NCBI GenBank assembly: GCA_963810915.1
Contig: CAWEPH010000005.1
Span: 280,506 to 344,505, forward strand
Reading direction: 5' to 3'
Source: an uncultured Actinomycetes bacterium
Lineage (GTDB): Bacteria; Actinomycetota; UBA4738; HRBIN12
DNA: 64,000 nucleotides
Position 1 is the first letter of the stretch; each line of letters opens with the position of its first letter. The notes beneath the pieces were generated by a model. It was not told the DNA's origin. It searched no databases and saw only the letters and a program-made list of their open reading frames with translations. Both the position numbers and the translations under genes were made by a program. Positions 9,421 through 19,271 of the stretch are shown piece after piece.

Positions 9421-11464
9421 ATGGGCAGATGCATGGGGCGGTGCGAGCCCAGACCGCTATTCGATCCGCCCATCGTGAAGCGGGCGCTGGTGGATAGCTT
9501 CCTCAAGCTGAACCCGCGCACCCTGATGAAGAATCCGGTCATCTTCGTGGTCGAGGTCGTCTCGGTCATGGTGACCATCCGCATCTTCGTGGACGTCGCC
9601 AGCAGCGGACCGATCGCGTTCGACACCGCGATCGCGATCGGATTGTGGTTCACGGTGCTGTTCGCGAACTTCGCGGAAGCGATGGCGGAAGGACGAGGCA
9701 AGGCTCAGGCCGACGCGCTCAGGAAGACGCGAGCCGACCTCGTCGCTCGTCGTCTGGACGCGGACGGGAACGAGGAGACGATCCCGGCCACCCAGCTGCG
9801 CGCCGGCGACGTCGTGATGGTGAACGCGGGCGAGTTGATCCCGGGAGACGGCGATATCGAGGAGGGTATCGCCTCCGTCGACGAGTCGGCCATCACGGGT
9901 GAGTCGGCGCCGGTCATCCGCGAGTCCGGTGGCGATCGCTCGGCGGTCACGGCCGGCACGAAGGTGTTGTCGGACTGGATCAAGGTGCGGATCACGGCCG
10001 GGCCGGGTGAGTCGTTCCTGGATCGGATGATCTTCCTCGTGGAGGGCGCCGAGCGCCAGAAGACGCCCGAACGAGATCGCGCTCTCGATCCTGCTCGCGA
10101 AGTTCACGATCATCTTCCTGATCGTCTGCGTCGCCTTGCAGCCCTTCGCGATCTACGCGGGGAGCCGGCTCACGGACGCGGTCCTGATCGCGCTGTTCGT
10201 CTGTCTGATCCCCACCACGATCGGCGGCCTCCTGTCGGCGATCGGTATCGCGGGGATGGACCGGCTCGTGCAGCACAACGTGCTCGCGATGAGCGGCCGC
10301 GCGGTCGAGGCCGCCGGCGACGTCTCGACGCTGCTGCTGGACAAGACCGGCACGATCACGCTCGGGAACCGGCAGGCCGTCGCCTTCCACGCGGCTCCCG
10401 GCGTAGACGAGGAGCACCTGGCGGAGGTCGCGCAGTTCGCGTCGCTGGCCGACGAGACGCCCGAGGGGCGTTCGATCGTCGTCCTGGCGAAGGAGCGCTA
10501 CGGCATCCGGGAGCGGGAGTTGGTCGAGACGCATGCGCACTTCGTGCCCGTTCACCGCCCAGACGCGTATGAGCGGTGTCGACCTGGACGGGACCGAGAT
10601 CCGCAAGGGCGCGGTGGACGCGATCGTCGGGTGGTCGGGCCACGACATGGCCACCAGAGATGGACGCGGATGTCGAGCGGATCGCCCGCGCCGGCGGGAA
10701 CCCCGCTCGCGGTCGCGAAGGACCACCAACTCCTCGGCGTCATCGAGCTGAAGGACATCATCAAGGAGGGGCTCGTCGAGCGGTTCGCGCAGCTCCGCAA
10801 GATGGGGATCCGCACGGTGATGATCACGGGCGACAACCCGCTCACCGCGGCCTCGATCGCGGAGGAGTCCGGTGTCGACGACTTCCTCGCCGAGGCGACC
10901 CCGGAGACCAAGATGGCGCTCATCAAGCGTGAGCAGGAGGGCGGCGTTCTGGTCGCGATGACCGGCGATGGCACGAACGACGCGCCCGCCCTCGCGCAGG
11001 CCGACGTCGGCGTCGCCATGAACACGGGCACCACGGCGGCCAAGGAGGCCGGCAACATGGTCGACCTCGACTCGAACCCGACGAAGCTGATGGAGATCGT
11101 CGAGATCGGCAAGCAGCTCCTGATCACCCGGGGGTCCCTCACGACGTTCTCGATCGCGAACGACGTGGCGAAGTACTTCGCGATCATCCCCGCGATGTTC
11201 GTCACGACGTTCCCCGTGCTGGACAGGCTCAACGTCATGAACCTCTCGACGCCCCAGTCTGCGATCCTCTCGGCGGTCATCTTCAACGCCCTGATCATCG
11301 TCCTGCTGGTCCCGCTCGCCCTCCGTGGCGTGAAGTACCGCCCCGTGGGCGCGGTCGGGCTCCTCCGGCGCAACCTGCTGATCTACGGGCTGGGCGGGAT
11401 CATCGCTCCGTTCATCGGTATCAAGCTCATCGACATGTTCCTCACGGCGGTGAAGTTCACATGA
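9421..11464 (+). CDS. kdpB: potassium-transporting P-type ATPase subunit B (at least four frame switches near 10068, 10548, 10645 and 10695)
   Basis: Recognisable KdpB stretches are [20 protein letters not shown], the phosphorylation site [27 protein letters not shown] and [22 protein letters not shown]. The start is uncertain (ATG 9421 or 9433, or ATG 9385 with a further shift). Confidence 0.9.
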
Positions 11465-12043
11465 TGAAGACCGCGCTCAGAGCCACCCTCGCTGTGGTCG
11501 TCCTGCTGGTCCTGACCGGCGTCGTCTATCCGGTCGTGGTCACCGGCGTCGCACAGCTCGCACTGAAGGGCAAGGCCAACGGTTCCCTGGTGGAAGTCAA
11601 CGGGCAAGGCCGTCGGCAGCTCCTTGATCGGCCAGCAGTGGAAAGGCGACCAGTGGTTCTACGGCCGCCCGTCCGCGGTCGAATACGATGCCTCGACCTC
11701 GTCGGGGACGAACCTCGGCCCCAACTCGGCTGACCTTTCCGAGTCGCTCAAGGAACAGGCCGCCGCGATCCTGAAGCTGGAGGGTCGGTACAACCCCGGG
11801 CTCACCGTTGCGACGATCCCGGCCGATCTCCTCACCAGCTCGGGGAGCGGACTGGACCCCGACATCAGCGAGGCGGCCGCACTGCTTCAGGTGCCGAGGA
11901 TCGCGGCCATCCGAGGCGTCAGCGAGGACGCCGTCCGACAGCTGGTCGAGGACAACCTCCAGGGCCGCGATCTCGGGTTCCTCGGCCAGCCGCATGTGAA
12001 CGTCTTGGACCTCAACCTCGCCTTGGAGCAACTCGGCCAGTGA
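11461..12043 (+). CDS. kdpC: potassium-transporting ATPase subunit C (frame switch near 11605)
   Basis: N-terminal TM helix followed by GSSLIGQ.W....FYGRPSA and [11 protein letters not shown] motifs. The start overlaps the kdpB stop. Confidence 0.85.
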
Positions 12044-12372
12044 TCGAGGTGGACTCGCGGACCCGCGTGGTCGTCGTGCTCGGTCGAGGTCGTCTGGACA
12101 TGGATGCCGCCGGTTGTGTCGAAGACGCGGCGGATCAGAGGGTCGCTGTGCTGGTGCTCGCCGTCGGCTACTCCATCACGGATCCTCAACGACGGTTCGT
12201 CGCCCAGGCGCTCGAGCGGGCTCTCGAGCTGAACGTCCGCCTCGATGCGGAGATGATCGCCCGCGCGTCGGCCCTCTCTCGATACGTGAGGCCGGAGGAC
12301 GACGTGATGATCGTGGCGGCCGGGCGCGAAGAGCGCCGGATCGGTTCGGTGCTTGCCCACCATCCCTCTTGA
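12040..12372 (+). CDS. hypothetical 110-aa protein translationally coupled to kdpC
   Basis: GTG at 12040 overlaps the kdpC stop (GTGA). GC-rich third positions run through the whole frame. Alternating beta/alpha-like pattern (VVVVLG..., VAVLVLAVG..., VMIVAAG). No family recognised. Confidence 0.5.
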   Translation: MIEVDSRTRVVVVLGRGRLDMDAAGCVEDAADQRVAVLVLAVGYSITDPQRRFVAQALERALELNVRLDAEMIARASALSRYVRPEDDVMIVAAGREERRIGSVLAHHPS

Positions 12373-12415
12373 CGTGGGCGAGCGCATCGAGCGCGCGAGC
12401 CCCCCGGCCGCCGCG

Positions 12416-13591
12416 TCACTCCTTCCGTCGAGCGATGACGTGGATATCGATCTCGTCGGCCTTGCGGATCAGTCGGTTGACGAACGACCCTTTCACGATC
12501 TCCTGCCACCGTGACTTGAGCGGTTCTCCCACCACGATCTGCGTGACGTGCTGGCGATAGGCGTAGCCCAGAACCCCGTCGATCGCGGATTCAGCGCGCA
12601 CGACCTCGAACTGACCGTCGAGCTGCTGCGTGAGATCGCGGATCTTCACCAGCCACTCCGGCTCGGTCTTCTCGTCGGGCGTGGTGACGTGGACGACCAG
12701 GAGATCGCCGCGGGCGCGTTGCGCCACGCGCGCCCCCCGACGCACCAGCTCCTCCCCGAGCTCGGGTCTCGACACGCAGACCAGCACACGTTCGCGGGTT
12801 TCAGGCACCGCTTCCTTGCTCCATCTCGCCAGCAGCTCGTCGTCGACCTGGTTCGCCATCCGCATCAGGGCCAAGTCCCGGAGGGCGGCGAGGTTCTCCT
12901 CCGTGAAGAATCTCCGCAAGGCCAGGTCCGCTTTGCGCGGATCGGTGTAGACGTTGCCGTGCATCATGCGGCGCCGGAGTGCGTGGGGTGACATGTCGAT
13001 GAGCTCGACCTGATCGGCCAGGTCCACGATCCAATCGGGAACGGTCTCGCGTTGCTTGATCCCCGTTGCGTTCTCCACGACGTCGTTCAGACTCTCGATG
13101 TGCTGGACGTTGAGGGTGGTGATGACGTCGATCCCGTCGGCGAGCAGGTCCAGCACATCCTCCCAGCGTTTGGCTCGGCGCACGCCTGGCACGTTGGTGT
13201 GCGCGAGCTCGTCCACGAGCGCCAGCTCGGGGTGTCGCTCGCGCACCGCGTCCGTGTCCATCTCCTGGAACTCCACGCCTCGGTACTGGATCGTGCGCGT
13301 GGGCATGACCTCGAGCCCTTCGAGCATCTTGACGGTCTTCGGGCGTTTGTACGTCTCGACGATCGCCACGACCACATCGCTGCCTCGCTCGTGACGACGC
13401 TGTCCCTCGGAGAGCATCGAGTAGGTCTTGCCTACGCCGGGCGCGGCACCCAGGTAGATGCGCAGCGCGGCACGCTTCCGCGCTGCCGCCTCGCTGTGGG
13501 ACCAGGTGGTTGCGAAGGGCTCGAACGTGGGCCGATCGACGAGCGACTCGACAGAGCTGTCCGCCAGCGCCGGGTTCGGTGACGATCTCAT
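12416..13591 (-). CDS. kdpD: stand-alone KdpD N-terminal sensor domain plus USP domain protein
   Basis: 391 aa. Contains the Walker-A-like LRIYLGAAPGVGKTYSML, then TTLNVQHIESLND and DxxLRRRMMHGNVY, followed by a USP-like C-terminus (RVLVCVS...LLVVHV...IVVGEP). There are no TM or kinase domains. It starts 15 nt after the trkA stop on the same strand. Confidence 0.85.
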   Translation of the reverse strand: MRSSPNPALADSSVESLVDRPTFEPFATTWSHSEAAARKRAALRIYLGAAPGVGKTYSMLSEGQRRHERGSDVVVAIVETYKRPKTVKMLEGLEVMPTRTIQYRGVEFQEMDTDAVRERHPELALVDELAHTNVPGVRRAKRWEDVLDLLADGIDVITTLNVQHIESLNDVVENATGIKQRETVPDWIVDLADQVELIDMSPHALRRRMMHGNVYTDPRKADLALRRFFTEENLAALRDLALMRMANQVDDELLARWSKEAVPETRERVLVCVSRPELGEELVRRGARVAQRARGDLLVVHVTTPDEKTEPEWLVKIRDLTQQLDGQFEVVRAESAIDGVLGYAYRQHVTQIVVGEPLKSRWQEIVKGSFVNRLIRKADEIDIHVIARRKE

Positions 13592-13606
13592 CCATCTCGC
13601 GCGCCA

Positions 13607-14401
13607 TCATGCCGCGTATCCCACACCTTCGCCCACCGTGGTCGTACCGCGTCGATGAGTGACGCGAATCAGGGAGCGAAGCTCAGCACCAGGCCGACGC
13701 CGTCTTGAGGATCTGACGGTGTGCTCCCCGGGTTGCCCTTCGCCCACCACCGCGTCCCGTAGGGTCCGCTCCGCGTCCGCGGCGGCGAGCGCGACGACCT
13801 CGTCGCCCGCTGCCAGCACGGATTCGGGCTGGGGGATCACCACGTGCCCGGCGCGGAGGATGGCCGCGACCGCGCATTCTGGTGGGAGCCGCAGTTCGTA
13901 GATGGGGCGTCCCACGGTCGGCGACCCCTCCGGGATCGTCATCTCCACGATCGATATGCGTCCCCCCTCCAACCGCAGCAGACGGACCAGGTCGCCGACC
14001 GTGACCGCCTCTTCCACCATCGAGGTGAGGATGTGGGGCGGGGACACGGCCGCGTCCACGCCCCATTGAGCCGTGAAGAGCCATTCGTTCTTGGGGTGAT
14101 TGACGCGGGCGAGCACCCGCGGCACGCCGAACTCCTGCTTCGCGATCAGCGAGGTGACGAGGTTGTCCTCATCGTCCCCGGTGGCCGCCACGACGACATC
14201 GGCCGAGGAGAGGTCCGCGTCCTCGAGCACCCACGGCTCGCACGCGTCGCCGTGGACGACCTTCACGCCGTCGAGTTCGGCGCGCAGCGACTCGGAGAGG
14301 GCTCGTTCCTGTTCGATCAGCGTGACGCTATGCCCGCGTTCGGCGAGATCGGCCGAGAGGTGTCTGCCGACCGCGCCACCGCCGCTGACGACGACGCGCA
14401 T
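13607..14401 (-). CDS. trkA: TrkA-type K+ uptake regulatory protein (CeoC-like)
   Basis: Rossmann motif VVVSGGGAVGRHLSADL and a TrkA-C-like C-terminus. The roughly 45-aa Arg-rich tail looks unnatural, so the true stop may be hidden by an indel. The start overlaps the upstream trkA stop. Confidence 0.85.
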   Translation of the reverse strand: MRVVVSGGGAVGRHLSADLAERGHSVTLIEQERALSESLRAELDGVKVVHGDACEPWVLEDADLSSADVVVAATGDDEDNLVTSLIAKQEFGVPRVLARVNHPKNEWLFTAQWGVDAAVSPPHILTSMVEEAVTVGDLVRLLRLEGGRISIVEMTIPEGSPTVGRPIYELRLPPECAVAAILRAGHVVIPQPESVLAAGDEVVALAAADAERTLRDAVVGEGQPGEHTVRSSRRRRPGAELRSLIRVTHRRGTTTVGEGVGYAA

Positions 14402-15063
14402 CAGTGGCCACTCAGCGGCGGGGCGAGCTGCTCGTCGAGCAGGTCCATGCCGTCCTTCGCCATGATCACGGCCATGTAGTCGCCCTCTTGCAGCGTGCTG
14501 TCGGCCGTGGGGATGAAGCCGCCGCCCCCGCGCGACACGCCGACCACCATCAGCTTGCCGTCGACGTTCAGCGACAGCGGCGACCGACCCACCAGATGCG
14601 CGGGGACGGGCACGCGCATCCGCAGGAGATCTCCGCCCCCGATCGCCTCACGAAGCTCGGAACGGTCGTGCAGCAGCATCAGCTGGATCTGTTTGATGCC
14701 CCACTTCGTGGTGGCCACGGTGGGGATGTTCAACCGCTCGTAGATCTCGGCGCGTCGCGGATCGTAGATCCGCGCGATGACCTTGGGCACCTGGTAGCGC
14801 TCGAGCGCGACGCGCGCGGACACGATGTTGGAGTTGTCCCCGCTCGAGACCGCCACGAACGCGTCCGCCTCGGCGATGCCGGCCTGCTCGAGCACATCCC
14901 GGTCGAACCCGAGTCCGACCATGGTCCGCGCGGCTTCTCCGGGCGGGTACTTGTAGAAGGCTTCTGGGTTCTTGTCGATGACGGTGACGGCGTGTCCCCC
15001 CTCGAGGAGCTCGATCGAGAGTTCGGACCCGACCCGGCCGTTCCCCATGATGATCACCTTCAT
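14401..15063 (-). CDS. trkA: TrkA-type K+ uptake regulatory protein (CeoB-like)
   Basis: 220 aa. MKVIIMGNGRVGSELSIEL Rossmann fold followed by a TrkA-C domain. Confidence 0.9.
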   Translation of the reverse strand: MKVIIMGNGRVGSELSIELLEGGHAVTVIDKNPEAFYKYPPGEAARTMVGLGFDRDVLEQAGIAEADAFVAVSSGDNSNIVSARVALERYQVPKVIARIYDPRRAEIYERLNIPTVATTKWGIKQIQLMLLHDRSELREAIGGGDLLRMRVPVPAHLVGRSPLSLNVDGKLMVVGVSRGGGGFIPTADSTLQEGDYMAVIMAKDGMDLLDEQLAPPLSGH

Positions 15064-15105
15064 GGCGCGACAGCGTATCGGATGGCGTCCGGCCTGGCCC
15101 GGTGC

Positions 15106-17524
15106 TCACGGGGCCGGGGAGGGCTCGACCGCAGGCTCCTTGGCGCCTCGCTTCTTCTCGATGCGGAGGTGGTAGGGGACTGTCACCACGTCGCAGTGGG
15201 CGAGTCCCTCGAGCCCACGAACCAGGGCCTTGCTCGTACGGTCGTGGAGCAGACGTTGGAGGATCCCCGTGTAGCTGCGCCGGGGGATGATCACGGAGAC
15301 CTCCATGTCGGGTGCCTGGAGCCGCTCGATGTACTCCCGCACCGTGCGGGGGATGTTGCGGTCGGGGCAGTCCTCGATGTCGAGCTGGATGCCCAGCGTG
15401 GTCGCCAGGTTGAGCCACTGCTCGAGCAGCTCATGCGCCTTGGCCGGATCGACCGCTGCATGGAGCGCCCGGATCTCCATCGTGCCGGCCGCACGCGCGT
15501 ACTCGATCGCGTTCAGCAGGCTCCGGTCGAGGCGCTCCACGAGGATGACGGCGGTCTGTCGGGCTCGAGGCAGGACCCTGAGTGCGCCGGCAGAGCCCAC
15601 ATGCCCGGGACCTCCGTGGTCGCGGACGACCACGACGCTCAGGTGTTGGTCGGTCTTCGGCGCCGAGGTGAGGGTCCGCAGGTCCCGCCAGGTCCGTACC
15701 CGCTGCCAGAACGATTCGGTTTCCGGAGCCGGCAGGATGAGGGTGGTCTCGACGGTGGGGTCTGTCTCACGGAGGGCGTGAGTCGGCGAGGCATCGAACC
15801 GGCCTCCCGTGCGGGCACGGGATGTCCACGAGCGGGATGTGCGGGATCTTGGATTCCCAATCGCGTCGGAAGGTCTCGGCTGCCGAACGATCGCGAACGA
15901 CCTGCACCGCTGTGAACCGCTTCGGCTGGACCGTCAGTCCGTACTGGATCGCGTGCACCGTCTTCGCGTCGAGCGCCTGGGCCACCACGATGGCGTGGTG
16001 TCGCCTGGTGGCGCCACGCTCGATGGCGCTCAGCCCTTCGACGAGCGCGTGTTCCTCGGCCTCGTAGATGTGGTTCACGCGAACGAGGATCGCCACGAGC
16101 GCGGGAACCGCGATCATGATCATCCAGGCGCCCTGGCTGAACTTCACCACCGCGATCACGATGAGGATGACGAAGGTCGCGATCGAACCTGCTCCGTTGA
16201 TCAAGAGCCCGCGGAACCATCCTTCTTCCCGAAGCCTGAGATGACGTTTGGCCATCCCTGCCTGGGACAGGGTGAACGAGGTGTACACCCCGAGGGCATA
16301 GAGCGGGATCAAGCCGGTGACGCTCGCGTTGAAGCCGATCAGCAGGATGCTGCCTGCCACGGCGAGCGCGAGGATGCCGCTGGAGTAGACGAGCCTGTGT
16401 CCTCGTTTCGTGAACTGTCGCGGGAGGAAGGCATCGCCCGCGTGGAAGCTCGCCAGCCGCGGGAAGTCGGCGAACGACGTGTTGGCCGCGAGGATCAGGA
16501 TCAACGCGGTCGAGATCTGCAGCACGCCGTAGAACAGCTTGCCGGTCGCCGAGCTGCCGAACACGGCTTGACCGATCTGAGCCAACACCGACTTGCTCTC
16601 GTCCTCGATCGGGATCACCTGCAGGTGGACGCCCAGGTAGGCGACACCCAACAGGCTCGAGCCGAGCACGAGCCCCATCACCGCCATCGTCCGCTGGGCG
16701 TTCTTCCATTCAGGCTTCCTGAACGCAGGGACACCGTTGGAGATCGCTTCGACGCCCGTCAGCGCGGCGCCGCCAGAGGCGAAGGCTTTCAAGATCAAGA
16801 AGACGCTGGCAGCCTGAACGCCGAGGGTCATGGGTGCCGGCACTTGCCCGGGGGCGTAGTAGATGGGTTCGAGGCCGCCACCGAGGAACTGGCGGTAGAG
16901 CCCGTAGAAGACCATCGAGAAGAGACTGAAGATGAAGACGTAGGTCGGAGCGGCGAAGATCGCACCGGATTCGCGAACGCCTAAGAGGTTCCCGTACGTG
17001 ATCAGCCACACGAACATCAGCGCCAACGGCAGGCGGAAGGGGAACAACGCGGGAACGAGCGAGGTCACCGCCTGAACGCCGGCCGCGGTGGAGACGGCCA
17101 CCGTAAGCACGTAGTCGGTGAGGAGTGCCACCCCCGCGACCTGGGCGGGGAGCAGACCGAAGTTGTCGCGTGTGACGATGTACGCGCCGCCTGCCGAGGG
17201 ATAGGCCTTGATCGTCTGTCGGTAGGAGAACACGAGGATGGCGAGGACCGCCACGATGACGAGGGAGAGGGGTCCGAGGAAGGCGAAGGCGGTGACCCCG
17301 ATGATCGGGATCATCACGCGCAACATCTCCTCACCGCCGTAGGCCACCGACGACATCGCGTCGGAGGAGAACACCGCGAGGGCGATCTTGTTCGTCAGGC
17401 GTTCGTGTTCCAGACGCTCCGTGAAGAGCGGGCGGCCCAGGAACAGCCGCTTCGCCCCGTACTTGAGGCCGGGACCCTCGTCGGGTGCGTTCACGACGGG
17501 CGCCGACCCGGTCTTCATGGCCAC
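15106..17524 (-). CDS. APC-superfamily permease with tandemly duplicated cytoplasmic C-terminal domain (Rv2690c-like; frame switch near 15785)
   Basis: About 12 TM helices (SSDAMSSVAYGGEEM, GGAYIVTRDNFG, GGAALTGVEAISNGVPAF). Two mutually alignable C-terminal modules follow (AIVVAQALDAKTVHAIQYG...LILPAPE...LSVVVV and AVILVERLDRSLLNAIEYA...VIIPRRS...DVVTVPYHL). Confidence 0.8.
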
Positions 17525-17627
17525 GAGGGAAGGAGGGCGTCCACGACGCGGGCGAGCATACTACGGCCCCTCCTGCCCACCTCCCGACGGGCTGTGTCCG
17601 GCCGCGGTCGCTCCCGGATAGTTCGAA

Positions 17628-17655
17628 ACCCGCCGGCTGGACGGTGCCGGCGGGT
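17628..17655. other. perfect 10-bp GC-rich hairpin in the permease / kinase divergent intergenic region
   Basis: ACCCGCCGGC-tggacggt-GCCGGCGGGT. A second 7-bp hairpin, GGTGGCT...AGCCACC, lies at 17686-17709. Confidence 0.35.
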
Positions 17656-17783
17656 CTCGATGGACGGGATTTCTCTTCGGATCGGGGTGGCTGCGGAGGT
17701 TGAGCCACCGCAACGTTGGGTCGATGGTGCCTTATGGAGCGTGAGCGAGACATGAAGGATGCGTACGAACGCGTGAAGAAGGC

Positions 17784-19271
17784 GTGAAGAGCGTGGATGA
17801 GCAGGCGCCGGTCCTGGATCCGGGGTCTGAGAGCAAACGAGCGGCGTCTCCGGGCCGCAGCGTGCTCGTCGTCGTCCTCGTCTCTGCTGCCGCCACGCTG
17901 GCCGCCGCAGCGCTGGATCATTCCGGTGGGACGGGCAGCGCCGTATCGATCTACATGCTCGCAGTGGTCATCGCAGCCATCATCGGCGGCATCCCGGCGG
18001 GGCTCGGCGCGGCGGCGATCGCCTCGATCGCCCTGGTGACGATCTTCACCGCGCAACCATCCACCGCTTCGCCGGATCAGACCGCCGACCTCATCGCCAC
18101 CCTCGTCTTCCTGGCGGTCGCCATCATCGTGGGGATCCTCGTGGCCGGGGCCGTGCAGGAGCGGGCGCGCGCAGAACGCCGGGAGCGGGAGGCGCAGTTC
18201 CTCGGTGCGTTGGCCAGCCGGTTCCTGGCGGGGGACGTTCCCGAGCGCGCGCTCGATGACTTCACGGCTGCGTTGCTTCCTCCCCTCGGTCTCGTTTCCA
18301 GCGAGATCGACGCCACCGTGGACGGTGTCGGCCTGCACGCCCGGGCCGTGTCTCCCGGCGAGGGGTTGCCCGGTCAGTCCCACGTCGTGCCGCTCGCCGT
18401 CGGCGAGACCACGTTCGGGACCCTGACCGCGGTGCGACCGGCGGGTGCCCGTCCGATGTCGCGGTCCGAGCGCGTGCTGCTCGAGGCCGCCGCCAAGCAG
18501 GCCTCCGCAGCGCTCGAGCGCGCACGCCTGGATGCCAAGGTACGGGGCGTCCAACTCGAAGCGGAGACGAACCAACTGCGCGCCGCGATGTTCTCGAGCG
18601 TGACCCACGACCTCAGGACGCCGCTCGCCTCCATCATGGCCGCGGTGACGAGCCTGCTCGACGATTCGGCGGTGCACGATGCGGACCAGCAGCGTGAGCT
18701 GCTCCTCACGATCAGCGAGGAGACGTACCGGCTGAATCGCCTGGTGGGCAACATCATGGATCTCGCGCGGATCAGGGCCGGGGCGCTGACCCCCGCGCGC
18801 CAGCCGACGGGATTGGACGAGGTGCTGGAGGCCGTCCTGCGGCGGCTCCGCATCGACCGTTCCGGCCACTCGGTGCACCTCGACCTCCCGGCGGACCTGC
18901 CGGAGGTGATGGTCGATCCGATGCAGATGGATCAGGTGTTCACCAACTTGATCGAGAACGCAGTCCGGCATGCGCCGGACGGCTCGGAGATCGATGTCAC
19001 CTTCCGCCTCGCAGGGACGATGGTGCGCGCCCGCGTCACGGATCGGGGCCCAGGGATCTCCCTCGAAGAGCGGGACCGCGTCTTCGAGGCGTTCTATCGT
19101 GCTGACGCCAGTCCGGAGCGTCCGGGGAGCGGGCTCGGCCTCGCCATCGTCCGCGCGATCGTGCTCGCCCACGGCGGCCGGATCTGGATCGAGGAGCCCG
19201 ACGGGGGAGGAACGACGATGGTGCTCGAGGTGCCGATCGATGAGCCGATCGACGAAGGCGGGGACCGATGA
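17784..19271 (+). CDS. DUF4118/KdpD-C-like membrane histidine kinase (second copy, intact)
   Basis: 495 aa. N-terminal TM bundle, H-box FSSVTHDLRTPLASI and HATPase_c (NLIENAVRHAP, DRGPGI, GSGLGLAIV). Its end overlaps the downstream regulator start. Confidence 0.85.
   Translation: MKSVDEQAPVLDPGSESKRAASPGRSVLVVVLVSAAATLAAAALDHSGGTGSAVSIYMLAVVIAAIIGGIPAGLGAAAIASIALVTIFTAQPSTASPDQTADLIATLVFLAVAIIVGILVAGAVQERARAERREREAQFLGALASRFLAGDVPERALDDFTAALLPPLGLVSSEIDATVDGVGLHARAVSPGEGLPGQSHVVPLAVGETTFGTLTAVRPAGARPMSRSERVLLEAAAKQASAALERARLDAKVRGVQLEAETNQLRAAMFSSVTHDLRTPLASIMAAVTSLLDDSAVHDADQQRELLLTISEETYRLNRLVGNIMDLARIRAGALTPARQPTGLDEVLEAVLRRLRIDRSGHSVHLDLPADLPEVMVDPMQMDQVFTNLIENAVRHAPDGSEIDVTFRLAGTMVRARVTDRGPGISLEERDRVFEAFYRADASPERPGSGLGLAIVRAIVLAHGGRIWIEEPDGGGTTMVLEVPIDEPIDEGGDR

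Noticed and set aside
7701-12043. kdpABC interpreted as a decayed pseudogene cluster.
   Set aside because: This is not adopted as the primary reading. Equally dense frame breaks affect essential genes (hpt, ftsH, tilS, topA). No in-frame stops or large deletions are seen, and all catalytic motifs are preserved. It remains possible until the reads are checked.
17619-17632. GTTCGAAAC resembling a tRNA T-loop or half an actinobacterial SOS box.
   Set aside because: No flanking T-stem, acceptor stem or anticodon arm can be folded, and there is no second SOS half-site at the right spacing.
17525-17783. c-di-AMP (ydaO-type) riboswitch upstream of the K+ transporter operon. Also considered for 7279..7526.
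   Set aside because: One hairpin loop (GGCUCAACCUCCGCAGCC) vaguely resembles part of the motif. The conserved GGGGA/ACCC and GGGGUGAAUC-like elements I remember are absent on either strand. This needs an Infernal scan to settle.
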